In this document: piece by piece, positions 44,898-54,524 of the stretch
Layout: each line of letters opens with the position of its first letter
Numbering within the stretch: position 1 is the stretch's first letter
Assembly: GCA_965230295.1 (NCBI GenBank)
Contig: OZ246001.1
Coordinates: forward strand, 2,176,001-2,240,000
Direction of reading: 5' to 3'
Origin: Marinicella sp.
GTDB taxonomy: Bacteria; Pseudomonadota; Gammaproteobacteria; Xanthomonadales; Marinicellaceae
DNA: 64,000 nt
Position numbers and translations under genes: made by a program
Notes under the pieces: generated by a model
What the model was told of the DNA's origin: nothing
Database searches by the model: none
Seen by the model: the letters and a program-made list of their open reading frames with translations, nothing else

Positions 44898-45695
44898 TTA
44901 TCGCTGCTTATTGTATGAAAAAGCTTTCTCGACAATAAACCAGGTGTTATTTTCTTTTAACATGGTAAAAACCGTTACGCTTTGTGAGGTTGGTTTGTCT
45001 ATACGGATGAGTGCAGCACAATCGTATATCAATTGAATGTCTGCAACTTCTCTGGCATCGGCGTAGCCTATGTGCTTATTGGGTGCAAGGCGTTTTTTAA
45101 ATGGCGCATTGCCTTCTGCAACTATCAACTGTTTTTCATGGTTTTTCATTTGCCAGGTGGTATGGTGTACTTGGTCAAGTGGATCAGGGTTATCAACAGC
45201 CATACTTAGGTAATAGGTTTCCAATCTTTTTAAGATTTGCTGATAAGGCAGGTTTGGATTGAAACGTTTTTGCGGTTTGGTACATGTATCATCAAGATAA
45301 ACTTCTGTGGCTACCTTCCATGTATTACCGGTTTTAAAAAGTGTCAACAAATTGGCATTGGTGTTTTCCCAATCATCGAATCTTACAATCGCAAAGTCTT
45401 CAAATAAAATTTGTAGCGAGGTCAGTTTCAACAGATTGGATAAGGTTGGAATCCCTTGCACATCTTTTAAGGAAGTATTCTTGATTCCAGATTCATCAAC
45501 AGATCGCGCAGACCATACCTCGTATACATGATTTTGTAATTGATTTTGTGAGACGGGGTTTTGTCGTATTTCTATATACTTGGTGGCTGCGCGCTGGACT
45601 TGACTGTAATCATTTTGTTTTGAGTCATCCATGCTTAAGACGTTTGATGATGTGAGGAGTAGTAAACAACTGAAAAAGTAAAACTTGACGTTCAT
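44898..45695 (-). CDS. Secreted protein with two tandem NTF2/SnoaL-like (lumazine-binding-like) domains
   Basis: Signal peptide; two similar halves ending FAIVRFD...LLTLFKTGNTWKVA and AALIRID...VFTMLKENNTWFIV. Confidence 0.65.
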   Translation of the reverse strand: MNVKFYFFSCLLLLTSSNVLSMDDSKQNDYSQVQRAATKYIEIRQNPVSQNQLQNHVYEVWSARSVDESGIKNTSLKDVQGIPTLSNLLKLTSLQILFEDFAIVRFDDWENTNANLLTLFKTGNTWKVATEVYLDDTCTKPQKRFNPNLPYQQILKRLETYYLSMAVDNPDPLDQVHHTTWQMKNHEKQLIVAEGNAPFKKRLAPNKHIGYADAREVADIQLIYDCAALIRIDKPTSQSVTVFTMLKENNTWFIVEKAFSYNKQR

Positions 45696-45877
45696 AAAGT
45701 GAGTATATCAATGGAGTACACACCATTATAAAAACCCAACATGAAAATAATTATCATAATAGCGCAATACAATGATAAAAATAATTGTCATCAGGTTTGA
45801 TTGTGTGAAATATTCTCCTATACTGGTATTATTACAGTAAATATTCTGAGATTTTGGTGTTGTTGTGTAGCCTGAAT

Positions 45878-45899
45878 TCAAGCTGCTCAGCAGCTTTCC
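45878..45899. repeat. Solo copy of the terminal palindrome of the dispersed element
   Basis: TCAAGCTGCTCAGCAGCTTTCC is identical (22/22) to 24362-24383. Confidence 0.8.
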
Positions 45900-45917
45900 A
45901 ATGATAAATTTAAATGA

Positions 45918-46376
45918 ATGAGTATGGATAAAATAGATAGAAACATTTTGAGGATTTTGCAATCTGATTGTAAAAAAAGTCTTGAAGATATATCGCAAGA
46001 ATGTGGAAGGTCTGTTCCTTCAATACAAAAAAGAGTTCAAAAGCTCAGAGAGGCCAAAATAATTGCTAAGGAAGTCGCCATTATTTCTCAAGATTCTGTT
46101 GGGTTAGGAATGACTTTCATTATTATGGTAGAGCTGGAACGTGAAAACTTGCAAGATCTTGAAGTATTTAAAAGGAAAATACAAAAAGAAGAGAATGTGC
46201 AACAAAGCTATTATGTAACTGGCGAAGCTGATTTTGTGTTAATTTGCACGGCAAAAAACATGGAAGATTTTGAAGAGTTAACCAATCGCCTTTTCTTTAA
46301 TGATAAAAATGTCCGTAAATTCAGAACGTCTGTGGTTATGAAAAGAGTCAAACATGGTCTCACATTGCCGATATGA
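45918..46376 (+). CDS. Lrp/AsnC family transcriptional regulator
   Basis: MDKIDRNILRILQ..HTH..YYVTGEADFVL. Confidence 0.93.
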   Translation: MSMDKIDRNILRILQSDCKKSLEDISQECGRSVPSIQKRVQKLREAKIIAKEVAIISQDSVGLGMTFIIMVELERENLQDLEVFKRKIQKEENVQQSYYVTGEADFVLICTAKNMEDFEELTNRLFFNDKNVRKFRTSVVMKRVKHGLTLPI

Positions 46377-46429
46377 AGAATAATATGAACGGACAGAAGC
46401 CTGTCATGCTCTGATGAGCTTTTAATTCA

Positions 46430-46464
46430 GCTTAAAACACTTTCATTACTGAAGTGTTTTAAGC
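46430..46464. terminator. Hairpin between convergent genes
   Basis: GCTTAAAACACTT-N9-AAGTGTTTTAAGC, a 13-bp stem. Confidence 0.55.
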
Positions 46465-46505
46465 CATTGGTGATTTTGGATTTGTGTTTTTGATTAATTT
46501 AAGCT

Positions 46506-46982
46506 TTACAGTTTTCGCCCCAGCCGTTTTTCAATCTGTTTCTTTTCCCATTCACTGTCGAATAAGGAAAACCAGTCAAAAGTGTAAACAGCATGTAATG
46601 ACAAGCCCAGGCCCCAACCCAGTAGCACCCAAAGAAACCATAAGTATCCCGGGCTGGAAATGAGGTTTAACAAAATGAGGAATATGTTGATCACAACAAA
46701 AGTCATGGCATGCATGTAAAAACTCTTCAGCTCTTGGACATATTCCATGGCTTCGGTTTCTTCTTGGGTGATCAATTGGTTGTCATTTTCATGTTTCATG
46801 GCTATCTCCGGGTTTAAGTCTTTGACATCAACTTCAAAAACAGCAGCAATAGATTTATAAGACTCAAGATTTGCGGATTTGCCTCGTTCAATGCGTTGAA
46901 TGGTGCGTATACTGAGGCCGCTGAATTCAGCCAGTTGTTCTTGCGACCAGCTGCGTTGTAATCTGAGTTTTTTCACAATCAT
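46506..46982 (-). CDS. XRE-family HTH protein fused to a 2TM domain
   Basis: MIVKKLRLQRSWSQEQLAEFSGLSIRTIQRIERG; C-terminal FYMH...WGLGLSLH...WEKKQIEK. Start re-assigned to ATG 46982. Confidence 0.9.
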   Translation of the reverse strand: MIVKKLRLQRSWSQEQLAEFSGLSIRTIQRIERGKSANLESYKSIAAVFEVDVKDLNPEIAMKHENDNQLITQEETEAMEYVQELKSFYMHAMTFVVINIFLILLNLISSPGYLWFLWVLLGWGLGLSLHAVYTFDWFSLFDSEWEKKQIEKRLGRKL

Positions 46983-47039
46983 CGGTGTTTCCGTAAGTTT
47001 ACTTTGATAGCTATTATCCTGATTATGCACCAAAATATA

Positions 47040-47114
47040 ATGACTGTCATATGACTTTCATATGACATGACACTATATGACAGCTGTTACATGGGGTCAG
47101 ATTTATGCTGTCAT
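47040..47114. promoter_or_regulatory. Cluster of ATGAC/GTCAT motifs, putative operator array
   Basis: ATGAC at 47040, 47051, 47062, 47067 and 47077; GTCAT at 47046 and 47110. Confidence 0.55.
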
Positions 47115-47171
47115 AGGCCAGTGTCTGTTGATTTGAAGTTTGGAATAACTGTCTCTAAATGTCAAAAAGTT

Positions 47172-48521
47172 TCAGATGGAGTCTGGCGACCACCCCAACT
47201 TTTTGGCCAGTTTTTGGGCCTTGTTTCGATGCTTCTTGGCCATCTTTTCATTGTTTTGCCGGGCATAAATTAATGCAGATACTTGATACCATTTGACAGA
47301 TTTTTTTCGTTGGTCAGATTGTTTTTCAAGGTAATGTCTGGCAAGGATCAACTGAGACGAATCTTGATCATCTTGTGTGGCTAAATACTCGGCATAGTCA
47401 ATTTGTGAGTCGGCATCACCTTGATCGGCAGCCTGCTTTAACCAGGTTATGGTCGGTTGATCGGTGTTGTTCAGGTGGTTATTCCTGGCCAATAATTGGT
47501 AGGCTTTTCTGGCTGATTTGGCATGTCCTTGCTGTGCTGCATAAACGATCCAATCAACCCCTTTTTGTTTTTCGATTTTGCACCCAATCCCGCGCATGAT
47601 GTTTTTTCCTAACTGGAATTGGGCTTCAATGTGTCCATTTTGTGCCGCTTTCAACCACCAATGATTGACTTCTTCTCTGGGCATCTTATTGTCTTTGTTG
47701 ATGATGTTGGAACTGGCGGCCAAGCCATATAAGTATTGTGATTCGGCATGTCCCTGCTTAGCCAGTGATTCCAACTGATTCAAACGTTCATCGTAAAATT
47801 TTCTGAGTTTGCCGGGAATGGCGAGGTTTTCCAATGTGAACTCGATGGTTTGGCGAGCATAGGCCACAAATGGTGCTGTACCTGGATCATATTGAACATC
47901 AAACTCAAATTTTTCAACCGCATCAATGGCCGCTTGTTCAAAAGTGTTCTCTGGGTAGGCGTCCATGACATAAGCATGCCTGGCTGTGCCATCTGGGTGG
48001 ACTTCAAAGCCGACGGTCACCCAACCCTGGATGCTTTTGTTAAGGGCCTCTTTAGGATAACGAGGGCCTTTTCTCTTCAAAGGTATGATCTTAAAAGGTG
48101 GTTTTTTTGATGATTTTTTATCAGTTGGCTGATAGGTGATGGGTGAAAGGGTGCTGTAAATTTCTGCATCGCCATACCGCTGATCCAAAGTTGCGAATTG
48201 GGCTTCTGCTGCCAGTAAGTTGGATTCGTCTAAAGTTTTTTCAATGGTCTTAACCAACTGCTGGTATTCAGGATTCTCGGGGTTGAGTGCCAACTTGGCC
48301 CATGCATAAGCTGTGATTGCATCAGCCTTCACATACTGGCCTTTGAGGTACATGACAGCTAAATTGAATTGGGCCCGCTTATTGCCAATGCGTGCCAACT
48401 GATCGTATATGGCAAAAGCCTCTGAAAATTTTTGGTTGTGATAAGCTTCGGTGGCTGTATTGAAATCGGCCATGGCTGGAAGTTTTATGGCTATTAACAA
48501 ACAGATAAACAAGACTTTCAT
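47172..48521 (-). CDS. TonB C-terminal domain protein with SEL1 repeats
   Basis: AQFNLAVMYLKG; PRYPKEAL...GWVTVGFEVHPDG...FEQAAIDAV; KAAQNGHIEAQFQLG. Confidence 0.85.
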   Translation of the reverse strand: MKVLFICLLIAIKLPAMADFNTATEAYHNQKFSEAFAIYDQLARIGNKRAQFNLAVMYLKGQYVKADAITAYAWAKLALNPENPEYQQLVKTIEKTLDESNLLAAEAQFATLDQRYGDAEIYSTLSPITYQPTDKKSSKKPPFKIIPLKRKGPRYPKEALNKSIQGWVTVGFEVHPDGTARHAYVMDAYPENTFEQAAIDAVEKFEFDVQYDPGTAPFVAYARQTIEFTLENLAIPGKLRKFYDERLNQLESLAKQGHAESQYLYGLAASSNIINKDNKMPREEVNHWWLKAAQNGHIEAQFQLGKNIMRGIGCKIEKQKGVDWIVYAAQQGHAKSARKAYQLLARNNHLNNTDQPTITWLKQAADQGDADSQIDYAEYLATQDDQDSSQLILARHYLEKQSDQRKKSVKWYQVSALIYARQNNEKMAKKHRNKAQKLAKKLGWSPDSI

Positions 48522-48653
48522 GTATAAATTCCTTTTTAAATGGCCTGCCAGTATAGCAAAATCTCACTGGGTTTGAATGCATAAAGACTCAATTTTCACT
48601 GAATGTTGATATAATGCAGATCAGCTTTAATAAACAATAATAACTCATCAAAC

Positions 48654-48962
48654 ATGAATAAAGACCACATCGTATTCACCCCACTACGGATTGCCCTGAT
48701 CACCGCCATCATCATTGCCAATTGTTTGGCCGTCATCAGTAAATCATTTGCTGCTCAGCCTTGGGCTCATCCTTTAGGGATTTTTGCTGTGGTGTTTATC
48801 ATGTTGTTTGTGTTTGTCATTTTGCTGGAAATTGTGTGGTTACATCACCGGGCCAAGCCCCTTACCGAACCTTCATTGGTTGCTAAATACCGCCAAGCGA
48901 AATTCATTTACGGCCTGTTATTTGTCTCAGGATTTATCTTGGCTGCCTGGGTATTGTTGTAA
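48654..48962 (+). CDS. Hypothetical 3-TM membrane protein
   Basis: 102-aa ORF with three hydrophobic segments. Confidence 0.65.
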   Translation: MNKDHIVFTPLRIALITAIIIANCLAVISKSFAAQPWAHPLGIFAVVFIMLFVFVILLEIVWLHHRAKPLTEPSLVAKYRQAKFIYGLLFVSGFILAAWVLL

Positions 48963-49049
48963 TCAAAAGGTTGCATTTTTAACATTCTTTTTCATGCAGC
49001 ACCCAAGCAATCAGGTAAACTGTCAGGTACTTCAGGAACAGGAATTATC

Positions 49050-49853
49050 ATGAGAGTGCTTCAAATATTTATTTTGGTTGCCTTGTTGGCATCCTGTGCC
49101 ACTACGCCCAGTGGGGACAAAAGGTTGATTTTGGTGAGTCCTCAACAAATGAGCCAAATGGGCGCCACCACTTTTCAGCAAATGAAAACTTCACAAACAA
49201 TTACCCGCAACAACCAGCAGCGTGATTATGTGGAATGTGTGTCTTATGCCATCATCAATGCCTTACCTGATCAATGGCGCCAAATGCCTTGGGAAGTGGT
49301 GGTGTTTGAGGATGAAAGTGCCAATGCATTTGCTTTGCCAGGTGGAAAAATTGGTGTGCACACCGGCTTGTTAACAGTGGCTGAAAACCAAAACCAATTG
49401 GCCGCAGTCATTGGCCATGAAATCGCTCATGTGTTATGGCGCCATGGGGCTCAGCGCGTGTCGGTACAGTTGTTGGCACAAACCGGTTTACAGGTGGCTG
49501 ATATTGTCAGTAAACAAAAGGTCAAAGGCTCCAGAGAGCGACAAATGTTGATGGCAAGCTTGGGTATGGGAGCACAGGTTGGGGTGATGCTGCCTTTCTC
49601 CAGAGGTCATGAAAAGGAAGCGGATCGATTTGGCTTACACTTTATGGCCCAGGCTGGATTTGATCCAACTGAAAGTATCAAGTTGTGGCAAAACATGGAC
49701 CGGGCATCTGGCGGTAAGCGACCACCGGAATTTTTATCTACCCACCCGGAGCCAAAGAACCGCATCGCCAAATTAACCAAGTTTATGGGTAAAGCGTTAA
49801 CTTATGAAGCAGAGGCCAAACAAAAAGGCTTGAACCCCAGCTGTGAAAACTGA
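49050..49853 (+). CDS. M48 family metallopeptidase lipoprotein
   Basis: Lipobox LLASC, NAFALPGG, GHEIAH (HExxH), FSRGHEKEAD, STHP. Confidence 0.95.
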   Translation: MRVLQIFILVALLASCATTPSGDKRLILVSPQQMSQMGATTFQQMKTSQTITRNNQQRDYVECVSYAIINALPDQWRQMPWEVVVFEDESANAFALPGGKIGVHTGLLTVAENQNQLAAVIGHEIAHVLWRHGAQRVSVQLLAQTGLQVADIVSKQKVKGSRERQMLMASLGMGAQVGVMLPFSRGHEKEADRFGLHFMAQAGFDPTESIKLWQNMDRASGGKRPPEFLSTHPEPKNRIAKLTKFMGKALTYEAEAKQKGLNPSCEN

Positions 49854-49859
49854 GACCCC

Positions 49860-49879
49860 AGGGCCTGTTAACAGGCCCT
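49860..49879. terminator. Perfect 20-bp palindrome between convergent genes
   Basis: AGGGCCTGTTAACAGGCCCT. Confidence 0.5.
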
Positions 49880-49897
49880 AAGTTACAGGATTGGCCA

Positions 49898-52465
49898 TCA
49901 TTGCGGTTGGGCAAAATTTTGAATTTGTTCCAATTGCAATAAGGTATTGTGGATCATTGATTCGACTTGTTCTGTCTCATTCCAAATCTCATCATGTCGT
50001 GCAAAGTTTTCATCACCTTGTAGCATCATATCAACCACATTGGATTGCTGCTGAAATGACTGACGAAAGAATGTCATATCGACCAATCGATCTTGCCCAT
50101 TCAATGCGGTTCTGATGGCTGGATTATTGGCATACAGTTGTGGATACAGCCCTGTAGTCATGTGTGTCAATAACCTTCGGTGGGTCAAGAACTCAAAGGC
50201 CGCTTTTGACAAGGCAGAATCATTGGTCCTGGATGAATTGTTGGCAATTAACTTGCGGTATATTTGTTGTTGTAGGTCATTGACATGGCCTAAGAAGGCA
50301 TCATTCAGGGTAACCTTCAATTCATTCATTTCATTGAAAAAACTGAAACCGGTTTCATCATTACTCAATTGGTTTTGCCAGCCATTCCAATTACTCCGCA
50401 TGACAGCATTGATGTCAATTTTCTGAGCGGTCAAGAAGGTCAGTCTGTTGGGTAAAAGCCCATAAGTCCCCCGATCCAAAGTGGTGTTGATTTGTTTACC
50501 TACAATGGGCAAAGGACAATTTAAATCTAAGGTTTCTTGGTTGTTTTCTCCAAACAGATAGATGTGTCGCTGTTCACTGAGTAGCGACTTGGTGAATACG
50601 GTTTCGCTTTCGAATTTTCCATTCAATTGTAGGTGTAACTGGCCTTCGAAATTGGCTATTTTGTTGTTGTCTAAATGGGTTGGTGTGGCTTTTCGATTTT
50701 GCCACTGGACTTGGTCATAACATATTTCAAGTTCACCCAAACCAAATTGTTCTGCCAATATTAAATGGTTCGGGAACAGTTTCAGTAATTCGTTACTGGG
50801 TTCCAAGGTGGCAAAAGCACCACAGGACAAGGTTACATCACAGGGCTTAATGACGAAATTCTCAGGGATGTAGTTGGTTTGTTGGTCTATCGATTGGAAC
50901 AAATCGACATCGCTGTTTGGTCTAAGTTCAGTACTGGTATATTGATTGACATGACTGACAATTTCTTGTTTCAGCTTTTCCCATTTGGTTTTCAATAATT
51001 CAAACTGTGTGGCCAGCGGTTGAGCTTGATTCACACAATCTGGAAAAGTGTGTAGCTGTCTACCTATGTTAAGTAATCGTGCCACTTGATCAGTCTGGTG
51101 TTTATCTGCCATCAAACCAGGCCAGCGGTCATGGAACCAACCCACAGTCTCGGCAGCCATCAGCCATTCCACCCAATTACTTTTTACTGTCAGTTGTTGT
51201 TGACAGCTGATTTCATCAGCTGCTTGCATACTCAGATTATTGATGATTTGTACACTGGGTAAATCCAAAGCACGGTTGATGCTGTTGGCGTTGTCTAATT
51301 TGATCAAGTTGCCTGAGAGATTACCACTGCTGGCTGTTGTTGTACCCCATTCCATAAAATCAGCAAAACAACTGTCAAACTGACTCATGGCAATGGGTAC
51401 GGGTGGTTCTGGGCTTTGTTTGACGCTTAAGTTGAGACAGACTTCTAAGTTTTCTTGAATGGTGGTTCTTAACGGGTGGGCAAAATAAGTGGCAGGGTTA
51501 GTAATCCCCGTGATCATGGAAAAGATTTTTCGGTTCAGATTGGTATTGCGGTGGTCTGGGTTCTTGAATTTATTGGGCAATTCGAGCCATAACTCTTGAA
51601 GTAAGGCGAATAACTGATTATCCATCATTTGAATGGTGGGTTCTTGCTCAATCCAAAATCCAGAGGCAACTTCTATCAACCGCGACAGTTGTTGCTGTTC
51701 TGTGGCAGTCAGTAAATCTGGACTCAATTCAATCAACTGATACAGTTCAATCCAATCATAGGCGAATGCCAGTGGTTGCTGTTGTTCACGGTGGTAATTT
51801 TGGCGCAGTAAGGCCACAGCTTTGGGGTCAAAAAACTGCACGGTTTTCGCCAGTTGATTCAGGTTTCGGGTATCAAATGATGATGCATTGTGTAACCGAT
51901 CAAGTACCACCGGAAAGGCCAGGTCTGTGATTCGGTTTGCTTCAGTGTGACTTTCTTCATCCTCTGTTTTGCTCAACCAGGGTAGCCATTCTGACATGTT
52001 GTTCTGCTTTCCTTGAACCAGAATATGGCGCCAGTGGTGATCTAAATTAAGCCAGGTGTTAAAAGCCTGGGCATTGACATAGGGATCATGTAACAAGGGG
52101 GTGTTGGATGAAAGGGGCAAATCTGCCTGACGCCAACGATTCAAAGTCATGCCATTGGTGTATTGAATCAATGTTTGAGCCATCAATGCATGGGTGTTAA
52201 TTTGAGTGAAAGTCGGTGGTTCAGCCACCTCAGTCTCTAAGGCTTGTTGCCATTGTTGTTGAAGTTGTTCAGTTGAAGCAAATGACTGTGAAAGTTGCTG
52301 AGCTATTTGGGTTAAATACACGGCTTTAGCTACACCATACTCGTCACGCAAGAAATCAGCCATGGCTGCAGCATCGGCTAACTTTACAGTTTCTGTTTCA
52401 TTGGTTTGGGCTTGGGCGTTCAGCAAGCAAACCACCAAGCACAGACAGGTCATGAATTTTTTCAT
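49898..52465 (-). CDS. Large secreted hypothetical protein
   Basis: 855-aa ORF with a signal peptide (…LNAQA); no recognised domain. Confidence 0.8.
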   Translation of the reverse strand: MKKFMTCLCLVVCLLNAQAQTNETETVKLADAAAMADFLRDEYGVAKAVYLTQIAQQLSQSFASTEQLQQQWQQALETEVAEPPTFTQINTHALMAQTLIQYTNGMTLNRWRQADLPLSSNTPLLHDPYVNAQAFNTWLNLDHHWRHILVQGKQNNMSEWLPWLSKTEDEESHTEANRITDLAFPVVLDRLHNASSFDTRNLNQLAKTVQFFDPKAVALLRQNYHREQQQPLAFAYDWIELYQLIELSPDLLTATEQQQLSRLIEVASGFWIEQEPTIQMMDNQLFALLQELWLELPNKFKNPDHRNTNLNRKIFSMITGITNPATYFAHPLRTTIQENLEVCLNLSVKQSPEPPVPIAMSQFDSCFADFMEWGTTTASSGNLSGNLIKLDNANSINRALDLPSVQIINNLSMQAADEISCQQQLTVKSNWVEWLMAAETVGWFHDRWPGLMADKHQTDQVARLLNIGRQLHTFPDCVNQAQPLATQFELLKTKWEKLKQEIVSHVNQYTSTELRPNSDVDLFQSIDQQTNYIPENFVIKPCDVTLSCGAFATLEPSNELLKLFPNHLILAEQFGLGELEICYDQVQWQNRKATPTHLDNNKIANFEGQLHLQLNGKFESETVFTKSLLSEQRHIYLFGENNQETLDLNCPLPIVGKQINTTLDRGTYGLLPNRLTFLTAQKIDINAVMRSNWNGWQNQLSNDETGFSFFNEMNELKVTLNDAFLGHVNDLQQQIYRKLIANNSSRTNDSALSKAAFEFLTHRRLLTHMTTGLYPQLYANNPAIRTALNGQDRLVDMTFFRQSFQQQSNVVDMMLQGDENFARHDEIWNETEQVESMIHNTLLQLEQIQNFAQPQ

Positions 52466-52530
52466 TTGCTCATTGTATCAAAGTGCATGCATTTGCCAAG
52501 CCATGTTTCATTGAGAGGTTGTGATTTTAT

Positions 52531-53268
52531 TTAACGCTTATGGGGTTCATAAGGCGCCTTGATGTAAATGTACAATGTCAGCACCAACAAACTGGCTGCC
52601 AGCCACATTAATTTTCGCCAAAGATTGGTCATGTTTGACAAAATTTCAATTTGGTCAACCAAGATGGTTTCACAGGCTCCGTCACCCGTGTCATTACGAG
52701 TGATGCTGGTGCCTCTTTCAAACCCCATGGGGTTTTGGTAGTGAGCCAGCCACCCTTTGAGGTGGATTTGGTCTCCAATTCTGATTTCATCTATGGTGTC
52801 TCTGACCCATTCATCAATGGCCAACAGGTGGTTGTTGGACAATTGATGAGGTTCAAAGGCCTCCCATGCCGCTTGGCTTTTGGTGCCAAACTGACAAGAA
52901 AACTGTCCATTGCTGAAGTCGAATTCACGCAAAATTTCCGGGTCAGCAGATTGACCCCAAACGACACAATAATCAGCCACATTCAAGTGGTCTTTGTTGA
53001 GTGCGTGTATCATCATGCCTCCAGTCGAATCATGCAGGCGGTAAGAGACCACCAAACCATACAGCTCATATTCATATTGAGGCATGATTTTGAATGTCTC
53101 TTCATTGTAAGTGGTTGTAAAAGGAGGCTTGGTGGTCAAAGTTTGGGTGGGATCATTATTCAGGGCTGGTAAGATTTGCATTTGCTCACTGAAATTGTTG
53201 CGCTTAAAGAACGCAATCAGCAGCAAAAAAAAGCTGCAGACCAGCAAGGTATTGTTGAGTTTTAGCAT
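52531..53268 (-). CDS. Hypothetical protein anchored by N- and C-terminal TM segments
   Basis: Long ORF; DYCVVWG, SNNHL, SITRNDTGDGACE motifs; function not recognised. Confidence 0.75.
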   Translation of the reverse strand: MLKLNNTLLVCSFFLLLIAFFKRNNFSEQMQILPALNNDPTQTLTTKPPFTTTYNEETFKIMPQYEYELYGLVVSYRLHDSTGGMMIHALNKDHLNVADYCVVWGQSADPEILREFDFSNGQFSCQFGTKSQAAWEAFEPHQLSNNHLLAIDEWVRDTIDEIRIGDQIHLKGWLAHYQNPMGFERGTSITRNDTGDGACETILVDQIEILSNMTNLWRKLMWLAASLLVLTLYIYIKAPYEPHKR

Positions 53269-53419
53269 ACTTACATTATAAATCAAGCATGACGAACTTT
53301 CTTGCTGGAATACCTGTGATCTTTGCGCATTTGAACAGATAAACCTTGGATATTAAATAACTGCAAATTTGCTTGATAAAAGCGCTAAAATACAGCTTCA
53401 AATAAATTTAAGCAACGGC

Positions 53420-53905
53420 ATGAAAAACCTAAAAATCATAACCACAGGTGGCACCATCGACAAACTGTATTTTGATGATTTAAGTGATTATCAAATTGGT
53501 AAGCCCATCATCGGAGAATTGTTGAACACCTACCATGTAGGCTTTGATTTTGAAGTGGTACCGTTGTTAAAAAAAGATTCCATTTACATCACTGATGAAG
53601 ACCGTGAACTGATCAAACAAGTGATCGAAAAATCAGATGAGTCACATTTCCTGATCACCCATGGTACAGACACCATGGTTGATACAGCTCAGTATTTGGC
53701 TGACATCAAGGGAAAAACCATCGTCATGACAGGAGCCTTGACGCCGGCCAGGTTCAATACCACTGATGCGATATTTAACATTGGCTGTGCAGTGGCTGCC
53801 GTTCAAACTCAACCTGAAGGTATCTGGGTCATCATGAATGGTTTGGTTTGGGACCCAAAACATGTCCGAAAAAATCGCAAAGCCAATCGATTTGAGGAGG
53901 TTTGA
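53420..53905 (+). CDS. Short (single-domain) asparaginase family protein
   Basis: TTGGTIDK and HGTDTM catalytic Thr motifs; no C-terminal domain. Confidence 0.9.
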   Translation: MKNLKIITTGGTIDKLYFDDLSDYQIGKPIIGELLNTYHVGFDFEVVPLLKKDSIYITDEDRELIKQVIEKSDESHFLITHGTDTMVDTAQYLADIKGKTIVMTGALTPARFNTTDAIFNIGCAVAAVQTQPEGIWVIMNGLVWDPKHVRKNRKANRFEEV

Positions 53906-53906
53906 A

Positions 53907-54524
53907 GTGGCCAATATATTGCGTGTCCATCCGGATAACCCACAACCCAGGTCCATCAAATCAGCCATTGATACGCTTAAAAATGGTGGTTTGATTATCT
54001 ATCCCACTGATTCTGGGTATGCCATAGGCTGGGGGATGGATAACATGAAGGCACCTAAGATAGTGGCTCAAATAAAACAGTTGGATGCCCAACATCATTA
54101 CACCATGATGTGTCGCAGCATTTCTCAAATGACAGACTATGTGTTGGTGGATAACGTGGCTTTTCGCTTGATTAAACACCACACGCCAGGAGCTTATACC
54201 TTTATCATGGCGGCCACCCGACGGGTGCCGAAAAAATTACAACAACAAAAGCGCAAAACCATCGGTGTCAGAATAGCTGACCATCCTGTGGTCGATGCTT
54301 TATTGGATGAACTGGGTGAGCCCATGATGACTTCCACTTTGGAGTTCCCAGACATTGATATGTATGAGTTGGATGTGGATGACATAGAGCTTAAGGTGGG
54401 CAATCGGGTGAACACCATCATTGATGCCGGATATTGTGCGCAAGAACCTTCGACGGTGGTGGATTTATCGACCGGTGATGTCAACATCATCAGACAAGGC
54501 AAAGGAGAAGTTGATTTTGTCTGA
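53907..54524 (+). CDS. yciO: Sua5/YciO/YrdC family protein
   Basis: HPDNPQPR, YPTDSGYAIG, TPGAYTFI, KRKTIGVR, PSTVVDL; GAGGAG RBS before GTG 53907. Confidence 0.92.
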   Translation: MANILRVHPDNPQPRSIKSAIDTLKNGGLIIYPTDSGYAIGWGMDNMKAPKIVAQIKQLDAQHHYTMMCRSISQMTDYVLVDNVAFRLIKHHTPGAYTFIMAATRRVPKKLQQQKRKTIGVRIADHPVVDALLDELGEPMMTSTLEFPDIDMYELDVDDIELKVGNRVNTIIDAGYCAQEPSTVVDLSTGDVNIIRQGKGEVDFV

